Origin: an uncultured Chthonomonadaceae bacterium
Lineage (GTDB): Bacteria; Armatimonadota; Chthonomonadetes; Chthonomonadales; Chthonomonadaceae
Assembly (NCBI GenBank): GCA_963835065.1
Contig: CAWIEK010000015.1
Location: 64,001-128,000 of the forward strand
DNA: 64,000 nucleotides
Reading direction: 5' to 3'
Shown here: positions 1-9,585 of the stretch, in pieces
How positions within the stretch are numbered: position 1 is the stretch's first letter
Layout: each line of letters opens with the position of its first letter
Made by a program: the position numbers and the translations under genes
The notes under the pieces: model-generated
Databases searched by the model: none
Told to the model about the DNA's origin: nothing
The model's input: only the letters and a program-made list of their open reading frames with translations

Positions 1-427
1 ACAGAAGCCTGACGAACAATCTCAAAGCCGAATCCGCGAATTGTGCGACCTGACCCGCTTCCCCGCCGATGGCCTTGACCGCTATCCTGCCGAACTGTCC
101 GGCGGGCAGCGGCAGCGCGTCAGCCTGATGCGCGCCCTGATGCTCGAACCGGATGTTCTCCTGCTCGACGAACCGATGGGCGCGCTCGATCCTTTAGTCC
201 GCGCAAGCCTGCAAACCGACCTGAAAACGATTTTTGACGGGCGCAAACAAACCGTTGTTCTGGTCACGCACGACATGGCGGAAGCGGGCTATCTCGCGGA
301 TCATCTCGTTTTGCTGTCGGAAGGCAAAATCGTGCAGCAGGGCAGCCTGGAAGATCTGCGAGACCGTCCCGCCGCCCCCTTCGTCTCGCAATTTCTGTCC
401 GCGCAACGCAGCCTTGTGCAGTTATAG
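1..427 (+). CDS. ABC transporter ATP-binding subunit, osmoprotectant (OpuA/ProV-like); 5' truncated by window edge
   Basis: LSGGQRQR signature, LLLDEP Walker B, VTHD H-loop; directly upstream of a betaine-type permease. Confidence 0.9.
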   Translation, partial: QKPDEQSQSRIRELCDLTRFPADGLDRYPAELSGGQRQRVSLMRALMLEPDVLLLDEPMGALDPLVRASLQTDLKTIFDGRKQTVVLVTHDMAEAGYLADHLVLLSEGKIVQQGSLEDLRDRPAAPFVSQFLSAQRSLVQL

Positions 428-447
428 AACATGGAGAGAAGGGGAGA

Positions 448-552
448 ATTTACCACGGATGAAACAGATGAAACAGATGAACACGGATAAAAACAACAAA
501 CTTCTGAATGAATCCGCGTTCATCCGCGCTATCCGTTTCATCCGTGGTAAAT
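448..552. repeat. Inverted tandem-repeat element, 9-mer CACGGATGA-like family
   Basis: ATTTACCACGGATGAAAC (448-465) is the exact reverse complement of 535-552. Confidence 0.9.
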
Positions 553-2063
553 CTTCTTCACGCTTGCTTGTTGGTCCATTTCTTTTGCTTGCTTTGCTGT
601 TGTTGACGGTAAGTGGCGGGGCGCAGACGATTACGATTGGGTCGAAGAAGGATTCGGAGTCGCATGTGCTGGCGGAAATCGCCCGCAGGCAGATACAGAA
701 CGCAGGCTTTGCCGACGTACAGCACCTGCCGGGATTGGGCGCGACCGGGATTGTCTGGAACAAACTTAAAAGCGGCGAAATCAGCGCGTACCCGGAATAC
801 ACCGCCACACTCAGCGAGGAGATTCTCAAACTCAAAGGAACGGTGACCGAGGAGCAGATACGCAGCGCATTGAAAGCCGAAGGCATCGGCATGACGGGCG
901 ATTTGGGCTTTGACGATAATTACGCCCTCGTGATGCGCAAAGAGCGGGCGCAGGCGTTAGGAATCGCAAAGATCAGCGACCTGAAAGCGCATGAAGATTT
1001 GCATGTTGGCCCGACTTCGGAGTTTCTAAACCGCAAGGATGGCTTTAACGCACTGTGCCAGCGCTATGGCCTGAACTTCTCCGATGTGGCCGCGCTGGAA
1101 CACTCCATCGGCTACGCGAAACTGCGCAGTGACCAGATAGATTTAATGGAGTGTTACACAACCGACCCGGAAATCGCCGAATACAACCTGATTGTTCTCG
1201 ACGATGACCTTCACTTTTTTCCCCGCTACAAAGCCCTGTACGTGTACCGCCTGGAACTGCCGGAAAAAGCGGTCAACGCTTTGAAAGGGCTGGAAGGAAA
1301 AATCAGTCAGGACGCCATTATTCGCCTGAACACGCAGGCGAAGAACATAAAAAAGGATTCGGATTACGCGATTGTGGCGGCGGGCTTTTTCGGCAAGGAA
1401 GCGGTTCAGCAGGCAAGCCGTAATGCGGAAAGCGTTGCGCATTACATTCTGCGGCTTACGGGCGTCCATCTGAAACTGGTGGGCATTTCGCTGCTGCTTG
1501 CCATACTTGTCGGCGTCCCGCTCGGCATTGCGGCAAGCCGCCCCGGTTCCCTGAGTACGATTATCTTAGGCGTGACCGGCATTGTGCAGACGATCCCTTC
1601 CCTCGCGCTGCTGGCCTTCCTGATTCCCATCCCCATCTTAGGCAAAGGCGCAACGACCGCCATCGTCGCCCTGTTCCTGTACAGCCTGCTGCCCATTGTG
1701 CGCAACACGGCAACAGGCTTGCAGAACATTGCCCCTTCCATCCGTGAATCCGCCGCCGCGCTCGGCTTGGAACCATCCGCGCAACTGCGCAAAGTGTTCC
1801 TGCCCATCGCGTCACGCACCATCTTAGCGGGCATCAAAACCAGCGCCATTATCAACGTCGGCACTGCCACCCTTGCCGCCTTCATCGGGTCGGGTGGGTT
1901 AGGCGAACCCATCCAAAGCGGCCTGAGCATCAACAACAACAATTTAATTTTGCAGGGCGCAATTCCCGCCGCCGTCCTCGCGCTGCTCGTACAGGCAGGC
2001 TTCGATCTGCTGGACCGCTTGCTCATCCCACGCGGCCTGCGCCTGCCAGTTAAAACAGAATAA
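459..2063 (+). CDS. Glycine betaine/choline ABC transporter, fused substrate-binding domain and permease
   Basis: ITIGSK...YPEYT binding-protein motifs followed by QTIPSLALLA and an EAA-loop permease; start uncertain (ATG 459 lies inside a repeat element). Confidence 0.85.
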   Translation: MKQMKQMNTDKNNKLLNESAFIRAIRFIRGKSSSRLLVGPFLLLALLLLTVSGGAQTITIGSKKDSESHVLAEIARRQIQNAGFADVQHLPGLGATGIVWNKLKSGEISAYPEYTATLSEEILKLKGTVTEEQIRSALKAEGIGMTGDLGFDDNYALVMRKERAQALGIAKISDLKAHEDLHVGPTSEFLNRKDGFNALCQRYGLNFSDVAALEHSIGYAKLRSDQIDLMECYTTDPEIAEYNLIVLDDDLHFFPRYKALYVYRLELPEKAVNALKGLEGKISQDAIIRLNTQAKNIKKDSDYAIVAAGFFGKEAVQQASRNAESVAHYILRLTGVHLKLVGISLLLAILVGVPLGIAASRPGSLSTIILGVTGIVQTIPSLALLAFLIPIPILGKGATTAIVALFLYSLLPIVRNTATGLQNIAPSIRESAAALGLEPSAQLRKVFLPIASRTILAGIKTSAIINVGTATLAAFIGSGGLGEPIQSGLSINNNNLILQGAIPAAVLALLVQAGFDLLDRLLIPRGLRLPVKTE

Positions 2064-2235
2064 ACCACAGAGGCACAGAGACACAGAGGGGTCACAGAGG
2101 GGAAGAAAGAAGAAGAGAAGAAGAGAAGAAAAGGAGATGGGGAACCGCGAAACACACGGAACAAACGAAACAAGACGAAAAGATTCTTCTTTTCTTCTCT
2201 CTGTGATTCCTCTGTGTCTCTGTGCCTCTGTGGTT
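2063..2235. repeat. Inverted tandem-repeat element, CACAGAGRN 9-mer family
   Basis: 27-bp perfect inverted arms 2063-2089 and 2209-2235; contains a solo arm of another family at 2142-2170. Confidence 0.95.
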
Positions 2236-2249
2236 CAATGGAGTTGCTT

Positions 2250-2972
2250 ATGCGTTCAGATAAGATTTCAGCGGCGGAACCCGTTAGCCAGTTGCGGTTT
2301 GTGAAGATTGTGGAGAACGGCGAGGAACTGGTTGATTTTCTGGAATTTTGCCCCGACTTGATGCTGGATCGAGCGCGGTTTCATTACCGGCGCGAAACGT
2401 TGATGCGGCGGAGTTTGGCGGAAAGGCTGTGTCAGGCGAACCGCGCGTTGCCCGCAGGGTATCGGCTTGCCATTATTGAAGGCTGGCGCGCGCCGCACAT
2501 TCAGCGCCGTATGTATCAGGCCACGCGCGCCCGCTTCCAAACCATTCATCCCGACTGGTCGGAAACGCAATTGACGCGAACCGTCAACCGTTTCAGCGCG
2601 CCTCTGAGCAAACAGGTTCCGCCGCCGCATACGACGGGTGGGGCAGTTGATCTGATGCTTGCGGATATGGAAGGGAACGCGCTTGATCATACCAGCCCGT
2701 TTGATCCTTATGACCCGCATAGCGCCTCGTTTGGGGCTTCAGGACTTTCGGATATTGCCCGCAAGCACCGCGACATTCTGGCCGAAGCCTTAATCCCTGC
2801 CGGCATCACCAATTATCCGAGCGAGTTCTGGCACTGGAGTTACGGCGATCAGGGCTGGGCGTATCGGGAGCGGCATCCTCACGCGCTGTATGGAGCCATT
2901 ACGCCGCAAGACTGGCAGCCTGCGCCCGAAGACGACATTGATACGCCTCTGGAAATGTTCGATACTCCGTAG
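2250..2972 (+). CDS. D-alanyl-D-alanine dipeptidase (VanX/DdpX, peptidase M15D)
   Basis: EGWR, PPHTTGGAVDL and EFWHWSYG zinc motifs; GGAG RBS. Confidence 0.85.
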   Translation: MRSDKISAAEPVSQLRFVKIVENGEELVDFLEFCPDLMLDRARFHYRRETLMRRSLAERLCQANRALPAGYRLAIIEGWRAPHIQRRMYQATRARFQTIHPDWSETQLTRTVNRFSAPLSKQVPPPHTTGGAVDLMLADMEGNALDHTSPFDPYDPHSASFGASGLSDIARKHRDILAEALIPAGITNYPSEFWHWSYGDQGWAYRERHPHALYGAITPQDWQPAPEDDIDTPLEMFDTP

Positions 2973-2999
2973 ATTTATATAGCCTCGCCGCGCATTACG

Positions 3000-3027
3000 G
3001 GAACACCCTGCCTGCCTTCCGCGTCTG
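3000..3027 (+). promoter_or_regulatory. Putative ECF-sigma promoter of the YsnF stress genes
   Basis: GGAAC-N18-GTCT, the same geometry as the motif at 12330-12357. Confidence 0.35.
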
Positions 3028-3128
3028 CATACCGGCTTGCAGCAAATGCCGCGCAAACCGCGCTCTTGTTAGATTAAACCTTAATCATGGCGCAATCCTG
3101 GCGTATGGGAGTCGGGGAAGGAACGAGT

Positions 3129-3932
3129 ATGAATCAGGCGGACACAATGTTTGTTACGGACACCAACGGGCAGCGCGGCTCTATCGAATCCTTGCCTGAT
3201 GCGCAGAACAATGCCGGAGCGCCGATTACGATACGCCTTGAAAACGGACAGAAGTTTCTCGTGCCGCAATCCGTGCTGACGCAAAGCGCGGACGGTTCCT
3301 ATCATTTGCCGTTTGCCATGTCCGAGTTTCTGACGGCTGGTTCCGGCGTTTCGCCTGCCGTTTCCTCCACCACTTCTGCGCAAACAGCGTCTACTGTCAT
3401 GGCAACAAATGCAGCGACAAACCTGACCGTTGGCGAGGCGTTCGATCTGCAAACGTCGGAGCATCAGCCTCGGACGGAAGTGGATGAGATCGTTATTCCT
3501 GTCGCGGTTGAGCAGATAGCGGTTGACAAGCGGGTTGTGGAAACAGGCACTTTGCGCGTCGTCAAAACAGTCTCCGAAGTTGAGGAAGTCGTGAATGTGC
3601 CACTGATAAGCGATCAGGCGGACGTTCAGCGCGTTACGGTAAATCGCGTACTGGATGCGGCTCCCGAAGTTCGGCGCGAGGGCGACACGCTGATTGTTCC
3701 TCTTTTGGAAGAAGTCCTCGTCGTGGAAAAACGGCTGATGCTGCGGGAAGAACTCCATATCCGCATGAAGCGCGAAGAAACGCAGCATACGCAGCAGGTC
3801 ACGCTCCGGCGTGAAGACGTGCAAATCGAGCGGGTCGCAAGCGATCCGTCTGTGGTGAAGGAAGAACCTGCCATCACCCTCAGCAGCGCCCCGGCTGCCA
3901 CAAGCAGTGAAACGGCAGTAACAGGAGCCTGA
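3129..3932 (+). CDS. YsnF/AvaK (DUF2382) domain stress protein
   Basis: IPVAVEQIAVDKR...PLLEEVLVVEKRLMLREELHI pattern. Confidence 0.85.
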   Translation: MNQADTMFVTDTNGQRGSIESLPDAQNNAGAPITIRLENGQKFLVPQSVLTQSADGSYHLPFAMSEFLTAGSGVSPAVSSTTSAQTASTVMATNAATNLTVGEAFDLQTSEHQPRTEVDEIVIPVAVEQIAVDKRVVETGTLRVVKTVSEVEEVVNVPLISDQADVQRVTVNRVLDAAPEVRREGDTLIVPLLEEVLVVEKRLMLREELHIRMKREETQHTQQVTLRREDVQIERVASDPSVVKEEPAITLSSAPAATSSETAVTGA

Positions 3933-3982
3933 TACAAGGTTCGCGTTCGTACAACTCAATAACGGCTGACAGGGCTGCTAAA

Positions 3983-4043
3983 GAAGTTGATAGCTGAAAG
4001 TTCCTAACTACTGGTTCCCTATCAACTATCAACTATCAACTTC
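3983..4043. repeat. Inverted heptamer element (ATCAACT)n
   Basis: GAAGTTGATAG at 3983 pairs with (ATCAACT)3 at 4021-4043. Confidence 0.8.
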
Positions 4044-4085
4044 AAACGCAACCCCTGGAAGCAATCAGACAATGGAGAATGGTTC

Positions 4086-5222
4086 ATGTCACAAACAGTC
4101 ATCGGTTTATTCGATAGTTTCAGCCAGGCGCAAGCCGCCGTATCCGATCTGGAAGGTATGGGCGTCCCGCAAAGCAGCATCAGCATCGTCGCCAACAATG
4201 CCAACGATGAATATACCACTTGGCGCGACACACAGGGCAAGGACTATGCCCCGTCTCCTGCCGGAAGCGGCGCGAACACGGGCGCGGTTGCGGGCGGTAT
4301 CGGCGGTATCCTGCTTGGCTTGGGACTGCTGGTAATCCCCGGTCTTGGTCCTCTCGCCGCTGCCGGTCCTCTGGTTGCGGGCTTGACCGGCGCGGGTGTC
4401 GGCGCGGCGACGGGCGCGGTTGCAGGTGGATTGGTCGGCGCGCTCACCAATCTGGGCGTTCCCGAAGAACACGCGGGCTATTTCGCGGAAGGCATCCGGC
4501 GGGGCGGTACGCTGGTCACGGTTTCGGCTGCCGACAACATGGTTCAAAGCGCGATTGAGACGCTGAACCGTCACGGCGCGGTGGACATCAACGAGCGCGC
4601 GTCTTACTATCAGCAATCCGGTTACACGGGCTACAACGCGACTGCGCAGCCGTACACCGCCGCCGAATTGACGGCAGAGCGTGAGCGCGTTCGCGCCGCT
4701 ACCATTGCCGCCGCTCCCGTAACAGCCGCGCCGATGACAACCGAACACGTCACGACCAACCGAACTGCTACAGATGTCAGGCAGACGGTAAACGCGCAGG
4801 GCGAAACGGTTCTGCCCGTGATCGAAGAAGAAATCGCGCTCGGCAAGCGGCAGGTGCAAAGCGGCGGCGTCCGCGTGTACACCCGCGTGACGGAAACGCC
4901 CGTGCAGGAAAGCATTAATCTGCGCGAAGAGCATGTCACTATTGATCGCCGCCCCGTGGATCGCGCCGTGCATCCGAGCGACCTGACCGCATTCAAGGAA
5001 GGCGTGATCGAAGTGACGGAAACGGCGGAAGTGCCGGTTGTCGCCAAAGAAGCGCGGATCGTCGAAGAAGTGGTCGTCGGCAAAGCCGCTACGGAGCGGA
5101 CGGAAACGGTTCACGACACCGTTCGCCGCACTGATGTGGAAGTGGAGCAAATCGCCGGTCACACCACAACAACGGGCACGACGCCCAACACGGCGAATGA
5201 AGAACTCCTTCGCCCGGTGTAG
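4086..5222 (+). CDS. General stress protein (17M-like, Gly-rich TM hairpin) fused to YsnF/AvaK domain
   Basis: TVIGLFD, IPGLGPLAAAGP, EGIRRGGTLV, then PVIEEE...LREEHVTIDRRPVDR. Confidence 0.85.
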   Translation: MSQTVIGLFDSFSQAQAAVSDLEGMGVPQSSISIVANNANDEYTTWRDTQGKDYAPSPAGSGANTGAVAGGIGGILLGLGLLVIPGLGPLAAAGPLVAGLTGAGVGAATGAVAGGLVGALTNLGVPEEHAGYFAEGIRRGGTLVTVSAADNMVQSAIETLNRHGAVDINERASYYQQSGYTGYNATAQPYTAAELTAERERVRAATIAAAPVTAAPMTTEHVTTNRTATDVRQTVNAQGETVLPVIEEEIALGKRQVQSGGVRVYTRVTETPVQESINLREEHVTIDRRPVDRAVHPSDLTAFKEGVIEVTETAEVPVVAKEARIVEEVVVGKAATERTETVHDTVRRTDVEVEQIAGHTTTTGTTPNTANEELLRPV

Positions 5223-5227
5223 TGAGT

Positions 5228-5329
5228 AGATATAAGATACAAGATATAAGATATAAGAAGGACAAGAAAGCGACAAAGGAAAATCTTTAGCCGCATCTTC
5301 TAATATCTTATATCTTGTATCTTATATCT
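5228..5329. repeat. Inverted heptamer element (AGATATA)n
   Basis: 27-bp perfect arms 5228-5254 and 5303-5329, including a mirrored variant unit. Confidence 0.95.
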
Positions 5330-5392
5330 TTTCGCTTATTTTCCTCTAAAAGAACTTCACGAACTTCCTATATTTCGGGTATCCTGCTACAA

Positions 5393-6277
5393 ATGCAGAG
5401 TGAAAATGTCTCCACCTTTCAGGCTTCCCTGGAAACATATACGCAAGAATCGGATGGTTCCGGCTACGCTGTCGTTGCCGGCAAAGAAGCCTCATGGCGG
5501 CAACTGCTGCCGTCGCACCGCTTGCCGGTCATCGCGAAGACGCCGATTCTGGTAGCAGTAGGCGTCTACATGGCAGGCGGGCAGTTCAATCAACTGCGCG
5601 TGGCGCTGACCATGATAGTCACTGCCGCGCTTTGGACGGTTCTCTATGCCATTAACGAGTCTACGGATTTAGCGCGGGAGCATCAGGTTCGGGTGGCAGG
5701 CAAAAAGCGCCTGCTTTTGTTTGGCGCGTGTACTCTCGTTTGCGCCGGCGCGTTCTGGCTGTCGCCACTGGCAGGCGGGGTGTGCCTGCTGATGGCAGGC
5801 GGACAATTGGCGTACTGTGAGCCACCAGTTCGGCTCAAGCGGTTTTGGTGGGCCGTGCTGCTGCTGAGTGGGATGCTGAATCCCTTTTTGCGGCTGCAAT
5901 GTGGGGCGCTATTAGGGAATCATGCGATTTCCACCCTGACCTATCTGGTGTTCGTAAGCCTGCATTTAGGGGCGTCCATCCGTTCACGGGTGCTGCAAAG
6001 ACAACGGGATCGGAAACTGGGTTATCAGGTCGCGCCGCCGCGTATCGAATGGGCGGGAATGGCGTGTACCGGGGTCGGATTGGCGGGCGCGTATGCGCTG
6101 TGCTGGCAGGGCGTTTTGCCGCATATCTTTGTGCTGTTCGTGACTATCGCTACCGTCTTTTCCGTTTACGCCTGGTCCAATCATGTTACCAGCGTATCCC
6201 GTCTGCGGCAGGGCTGGCTCTGGTTCGCCATCCTCGCCCTCGTCGCCTTCGCCCTGCTCTACTTCAACAGGTCATAG
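5393..6277 (+). CDS. UbiA prenyltransferase-like multi-pass membrane protein
   Basis: YAINESTD and AYCEPPVRLKR resemble UbiA motifs, but the Asp-rich motifs are degenerate; about 8 hydrophobic segments. Confidence 0.55.
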   Translation: MQSENVSTFQASLETYTQESDGSGYAVVAGKEASWRQLLPSHRLPVIAKTPILVAVGVYMAGGQFNQLRVALTMIVTAALWTVLYAINESTDLAREHQVRVAGKKRLLLFGACTLVCAGAFWLSPLAGGVCLLMAGGQLAYCEPPVRLKRFWWAVLLLSGMLNPFLRLQCGALLGNHAISTLTYLVFVSLHLGASIRSRVLQRQRDRKLGYQVAPPRIEWAGMACTGVGLAGAYALCWQGVLPHIFVLFVTIATVFSVYAWSNHVTSVSRLRQGWLWFAILALVAFALLYFNRS

Positions 6278-6283
6278 GAATTC

Positions 6284-6643
6284 ACCACCCGCTGCGCTAG
6301 AGACACAGAGAGAAGAGAAGAAAAGGAGAAGAGGAGAGGGGAAGGTAAGGAACCGCAAAACACACGAAATAAACGAAAAAAGACGAAAAGAAGAAAGACG
6401 AAAAGAACCAGGCAAGTCACCAGAGGCCACCGCATCTTCAGGACAAGCAAGGTTCCCTCTCTACCGTAATCCTGTTTAATCCTTCTAATCCCCTTAATCC
6501 TGTCTATTTCCTCTTGTTCTTTTTGCATTTTCTTTTCGTTTAGTTCGTGTGTTTCGCGGTTCCCTCTCCTCTTCTCCTTTTCTTCTTTTCTTCTCTTCTT
6601 TTTTCCCTCTCTGTGTCTCTGTGTCTCTAGCGTAGCGGGTGGT
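6284..6643. repeat. Nested composite of inverted repeat elements between convergent genes
   Basis: Outer arms 6284-6310/6617-6643, purine/pyrimidine arms, inner arms 6349-6379/6533-6563, solo TAATCC array 6467-6504. Confidence 0.9.
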
Positions 6644-6654
6644 TCATTTTCATT

Positions 6655-7617
6655 TCATGGAAAGCCCGGGGCAGCGCAGACGCGCAGGGCAGCGCAGTCT
6701 ACGCGCAGGCGCACGGGGGTTTGGCCGCACAGGTCGCCATCCAATACAAGAGGCTGCGGGGTAGGGGTTTCAATCGTCACGTCATCCGTGAGAAAGGCGC
6801 GCATATCGGGCATGTGGAAAATGCGGCCATGCTTGACGTTCATCGCCATGTTCAGAAACGAGCGGCGGTGGCGGGCGGGAATGGCGTAGAAGGCAAATTT
6901 GTCTACCGCAAGGTCAACGCCCGGTATTTCCACTTTGCCGCCCATCCAGTAATGTCCCTTGATCACGCCGGCTTGCAGCGCGTCAATGCACTCCTCGGTT
7001 TCGTCGTGCCGGAACGTGATTTTCAGGTTGCGCAGGCTTCGATACGCTAAGACGCTGGCAAGCAGATAGCCGAACGGCCCGCACATCTTCTTTAACTGCG
7101 GCTTGAGCGACAACTGCGACTGCGCGGAAAACCCTAAACTAGCCGTGATAATAAATGGCTCCTCATTGGCCCTGCCGATGTCTATCAGCGCGGTATGGCC
7201 TTCGGCAATCACTTTGCAGGCCGCTTCCACATTGGCTTCGATCCCCAAATTCCGCGCAAAATCGTTGACGGTTCCCAATGGTAAAACGCCGAGTGTGGCA
7301 TCCGTATGCGCGAGCAGCCCGGCAGCCGTGCGAAACGTGCCGTCTCCTCCCCCGATAATAATCAATTTGGCTCCGGCTTTGAGGTCGCTTTTAATTACGT
7401 CGGTGAGTTTGGAAGGGTCTTCCAGTTCATGCGCGTCCTGAAGTTCCACGCCCTGCGTTTTAAGGCAGTCTACCGTCGGCTGATACCACTCTTTGCCCCG
7501 GCGGGACTTGGTGTTGACGATCAGCGTGGCGGGACGAAGCGCCACCTCCGTTGGCGTAGACTGTTCGGCTTCTGACGCCTTCGTTGGCGGTTCGCGGAGC
7601 ATGGAGTCTGTTGTCAT
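6655..7617 (-). CDS. Diacylglycerol kinase family lipid kinase (YegS/BmrU-like)
   Basis: GGGDGT, LPLGTVNDFAR, LDGD motifs. Confidence 0.9.
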   Translation of the reverse strand: MTTDSMLREPPTKASEAEQSTPTEVALRPATLIVNTKSRRGKEWYQPTVDCLKTQGVELQDAHELEDPSKLTDVIKSDLKAGAKLIIIGGGDGTFRTAAGLLAHTDATLGVLPLGTVNDFARNLGIEANVEAACKVIAEGHTALIDIGRANEEPFIITASLGFSAQSQLSLKPQLKKMCGPFGYLLASVLAYRSLRNLKITFRHDETEECIDALQAGVIKGHYWMGGKVEIPGVDLAVDKFAFYAIPARHRRSFLNMAMNVKHGRIFHMPDMRAFLTDDVTIETPTPQPLVLDGDLCGQTPVRLRVDCAALRVCAAPGFP

Positions 7618-7979
7618 AGTTTGCCAGGCCCTCACAAGTGCCTGCGAATAAAGCGTGTTAAGATGCGACTGAATAGACAGCGCAATCAGCAAGGAGACTG
7701 AGTTTAATCTTCCATCGTCCGAAAGACGTATCTGTAGGGCGAAATGTTCGGCAATGTCGGGCGGGCAGAAAACATACCGAACTTTGTCAATGTTCGATAG
7801 AAGCAGTAGTGTGGTATTTTCAGAAATGTTTTAATGGGAAGAGGCGCTCACGGCATCGAACCGGACGTTGCCTGAAACTCTAAAATTAATTTGCGTGATT
7901 TTGCCGCTTATTGGTTCTTGTCGGCAGTGAGTAAGCAGAACCCGCCGTTTCACCACTGTTTGCAGGGAGACAACGCGCC

Positions 7980-8822
7980 ATGAGCGAAACTGCCACACCC
8001 ACCGAACACACGCAGACGATTTTTGCCTTTATTCAACAAGGCGACACCGAAGCAATCGCACAACTTCTGGACGCCGATCCGATGCTGGTTCATGCGCGAC
8101 ACGCCGACCCCAATCTTCACCACTGGACAACGCTGCAATTCGCCGCCTCCGAGGGGCAACTTGCCGCCTGCCGGTTGTTAGTGGAGCGCGGGGCGGAAGT
8201 CTACACGAACCCGATGGCGACATACCCGCCCGTGATTCAGGCGGCATGGAAAGGCCATCAGGACGTGGTGGACTACTTCCTCAACGAAATCCCGGATAAA
8301 GCGGAGGGGACAAACGGGCTGGGCGTGGCAATCAACCTTGCGGGGCGGGAAGGGTGGATCGAAATTGTGCGCAGGCACATCGAAGCCGATCCGTTGAGCG
8401 TTCATCAGCGCGGCTGGATTGGCGACACGCCGCTGCACTGGCCTGCCCACAACGGGTACATCGAAATCGTCCGCCTGCTCCTGGAACACGGGGCCGATGT
8501 GAGGGCGCATGAAATCAACTGGATCGGTGGAACGCCGCTGCACTGGGCCAGCGAACGCCATCCTGACATCGTCCAACTGCTCATTGACGCCGGGGCAGAC
8601 GTAAACGCCCGCGTGGTTCGTCCCGGTTCGCATCACTTGGGCGGAACGCCGCTGCACTGGTGCGCCCGTCAGAAGGACGACTGCGCCGAAGTCATAGCCG
8701 TCCTGCTCGAAAACGGCGGCGACCTGGCCTTGACCGACGCTTTCGGCAAGACCGCTCTACAATACGCCGAAGCAGCCGGACACGCCCGCGTCGCCGAAGT
8801 CCTACGCTCGAACGCCGTGTGA
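7980..8822 (+). CDS. Ankyrin repeat protein
   Basis: Repeated G(D/G)TPLHW...LL..GADV units. Confidence 0.9.
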   Translation: MSETATPTEHTQTIFAFIQQGDTEAIAQLLDADPMLVHARHADPNLHHWTTLQFAASEGQLAACRLLVERGAEVYTNPMATYPPVIQAAWKGHQDVVDYFLNEIPDKAEGTNGLGVAINLAGREGWIEIVRRHIEADPLSVHQRGWIGDTPLHWPAHNGYIEIVRLLLEHGADVRAHEINWIGGTPLHWASERHPDIVQLLIDAGADVNARVVRPGSHHLGGTPLHWCARQKDDCAEVIAVLLENGGDLALTDAFGKTALQYAEAAGHARVAEVLRSNAV

Positions 8823-8870
8823 CGCAAACCCAAAGCGTTTCAACAGCTATTTTCCACAACGGCAATAATA

Positions 8871-8910
8871 CGGCTGATCGCGCTGGACAAGCACAATCAG
8901 CCGTTCTTTG
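8871..8910 (+). terminator. Probable intrinsic terminator
   Basis: ACGGCTGAT...ATCAGCCGT stem followed by TCTTT, downstream of the ankyrin gene. Confidence 0.45.
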
Positions 8911-9033
8911 CTTAAAAGGGCGGTTTCAACAACTGCAATACATTCGACAGGAGTAAAGCGGAAAATTCAAGGAGGAAAAAGAGAATATTTTGGTGAACAT
9001 AATGCCAATACTCAAACGATAGGGAGAACTTCA

Positions 9034-9585
9034 ATGAACGTCTGGAAATTAATTCTTCATCACGAGAAGGACGTGAATGGCGATGTCATAGACCCGGAAA
9101 TTCGACAGAAAATGCTAAGTTGGTCGCTCGACCAAAAACGTATTGCTATTGGATGGGGGAAAATTGGAGACATTGCAAAATATGCTGAATTTGATGACCC
9201 ATCCGAACGGATTGCTCAAGAAATAGGCAGCAAATACCCTCATGTTGGCTCCCGCAATAGGGAACATGGCGGTTACAGCCTATGGAACTTCTTTCACGTA
9301 GTTAAAGAGGGGGATTTAGTCATACTTGTTGGTAAAGGTTCCCATCGAAAAGCGGTGATGCGGATTGGTGATGAGGATGTGAAGAATGGCGACTATTTCT
9401 GGGAGCCAGAAGAACAGCCCTCTTTTTCCGACTACCAGCACCAGCGGAGAGCAACAAAAATAGGTGGTCACAAAGAAGCAAATAAAATATGGAATGACTG
9501 GAAGAACGGTTGTCTTGGCCTTGAAGGTGGCTCACATTGCACGTTGACACGATTGATCTTGAATGAAGAATACCGATTTCCATGA
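9034..9585 (+). CDS. Hypothetical AT-rich protein resembling the N-terminal domain of Mrr/McrB-associated restriction proteins
   Basis: IAIGWGKIGD...F...VKEGDLVIL pattern; GGGAGA RBS; visibly lower GC than flanks. Confidence 0.5.
   Translation: MNVWKLILHHEKDVNGDVIDPEIRQKMLSWSLDQKRIAIGWGKIGDIAKYAEFDDPSERIAQEIGSKYPHVGSRNREHGGYSLWNFFHVVKEGDLVILVGKGSHRKAVMRIGDEDVKNGDYFWEPEEQPSFSDYQHQRRATKIGGHKEANKIWNDWKNGCLGLEGGSHCTLTRLILNEEYRFP

Noticed and set aside
7858..7883. ECF promoter (GAACC...TCTAA) upstream of the ankyrin gene
   Set aside because: Spacing is 2 nt shorter than in the other candidates and there is no supporting conservation.
8822..9033. Integron attC site before the AT-rich orphan gene
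   Set aside because: No RYYYAAC...GTTRRRY bounded palindrome and no integrase; the hairpin fits a terminator.
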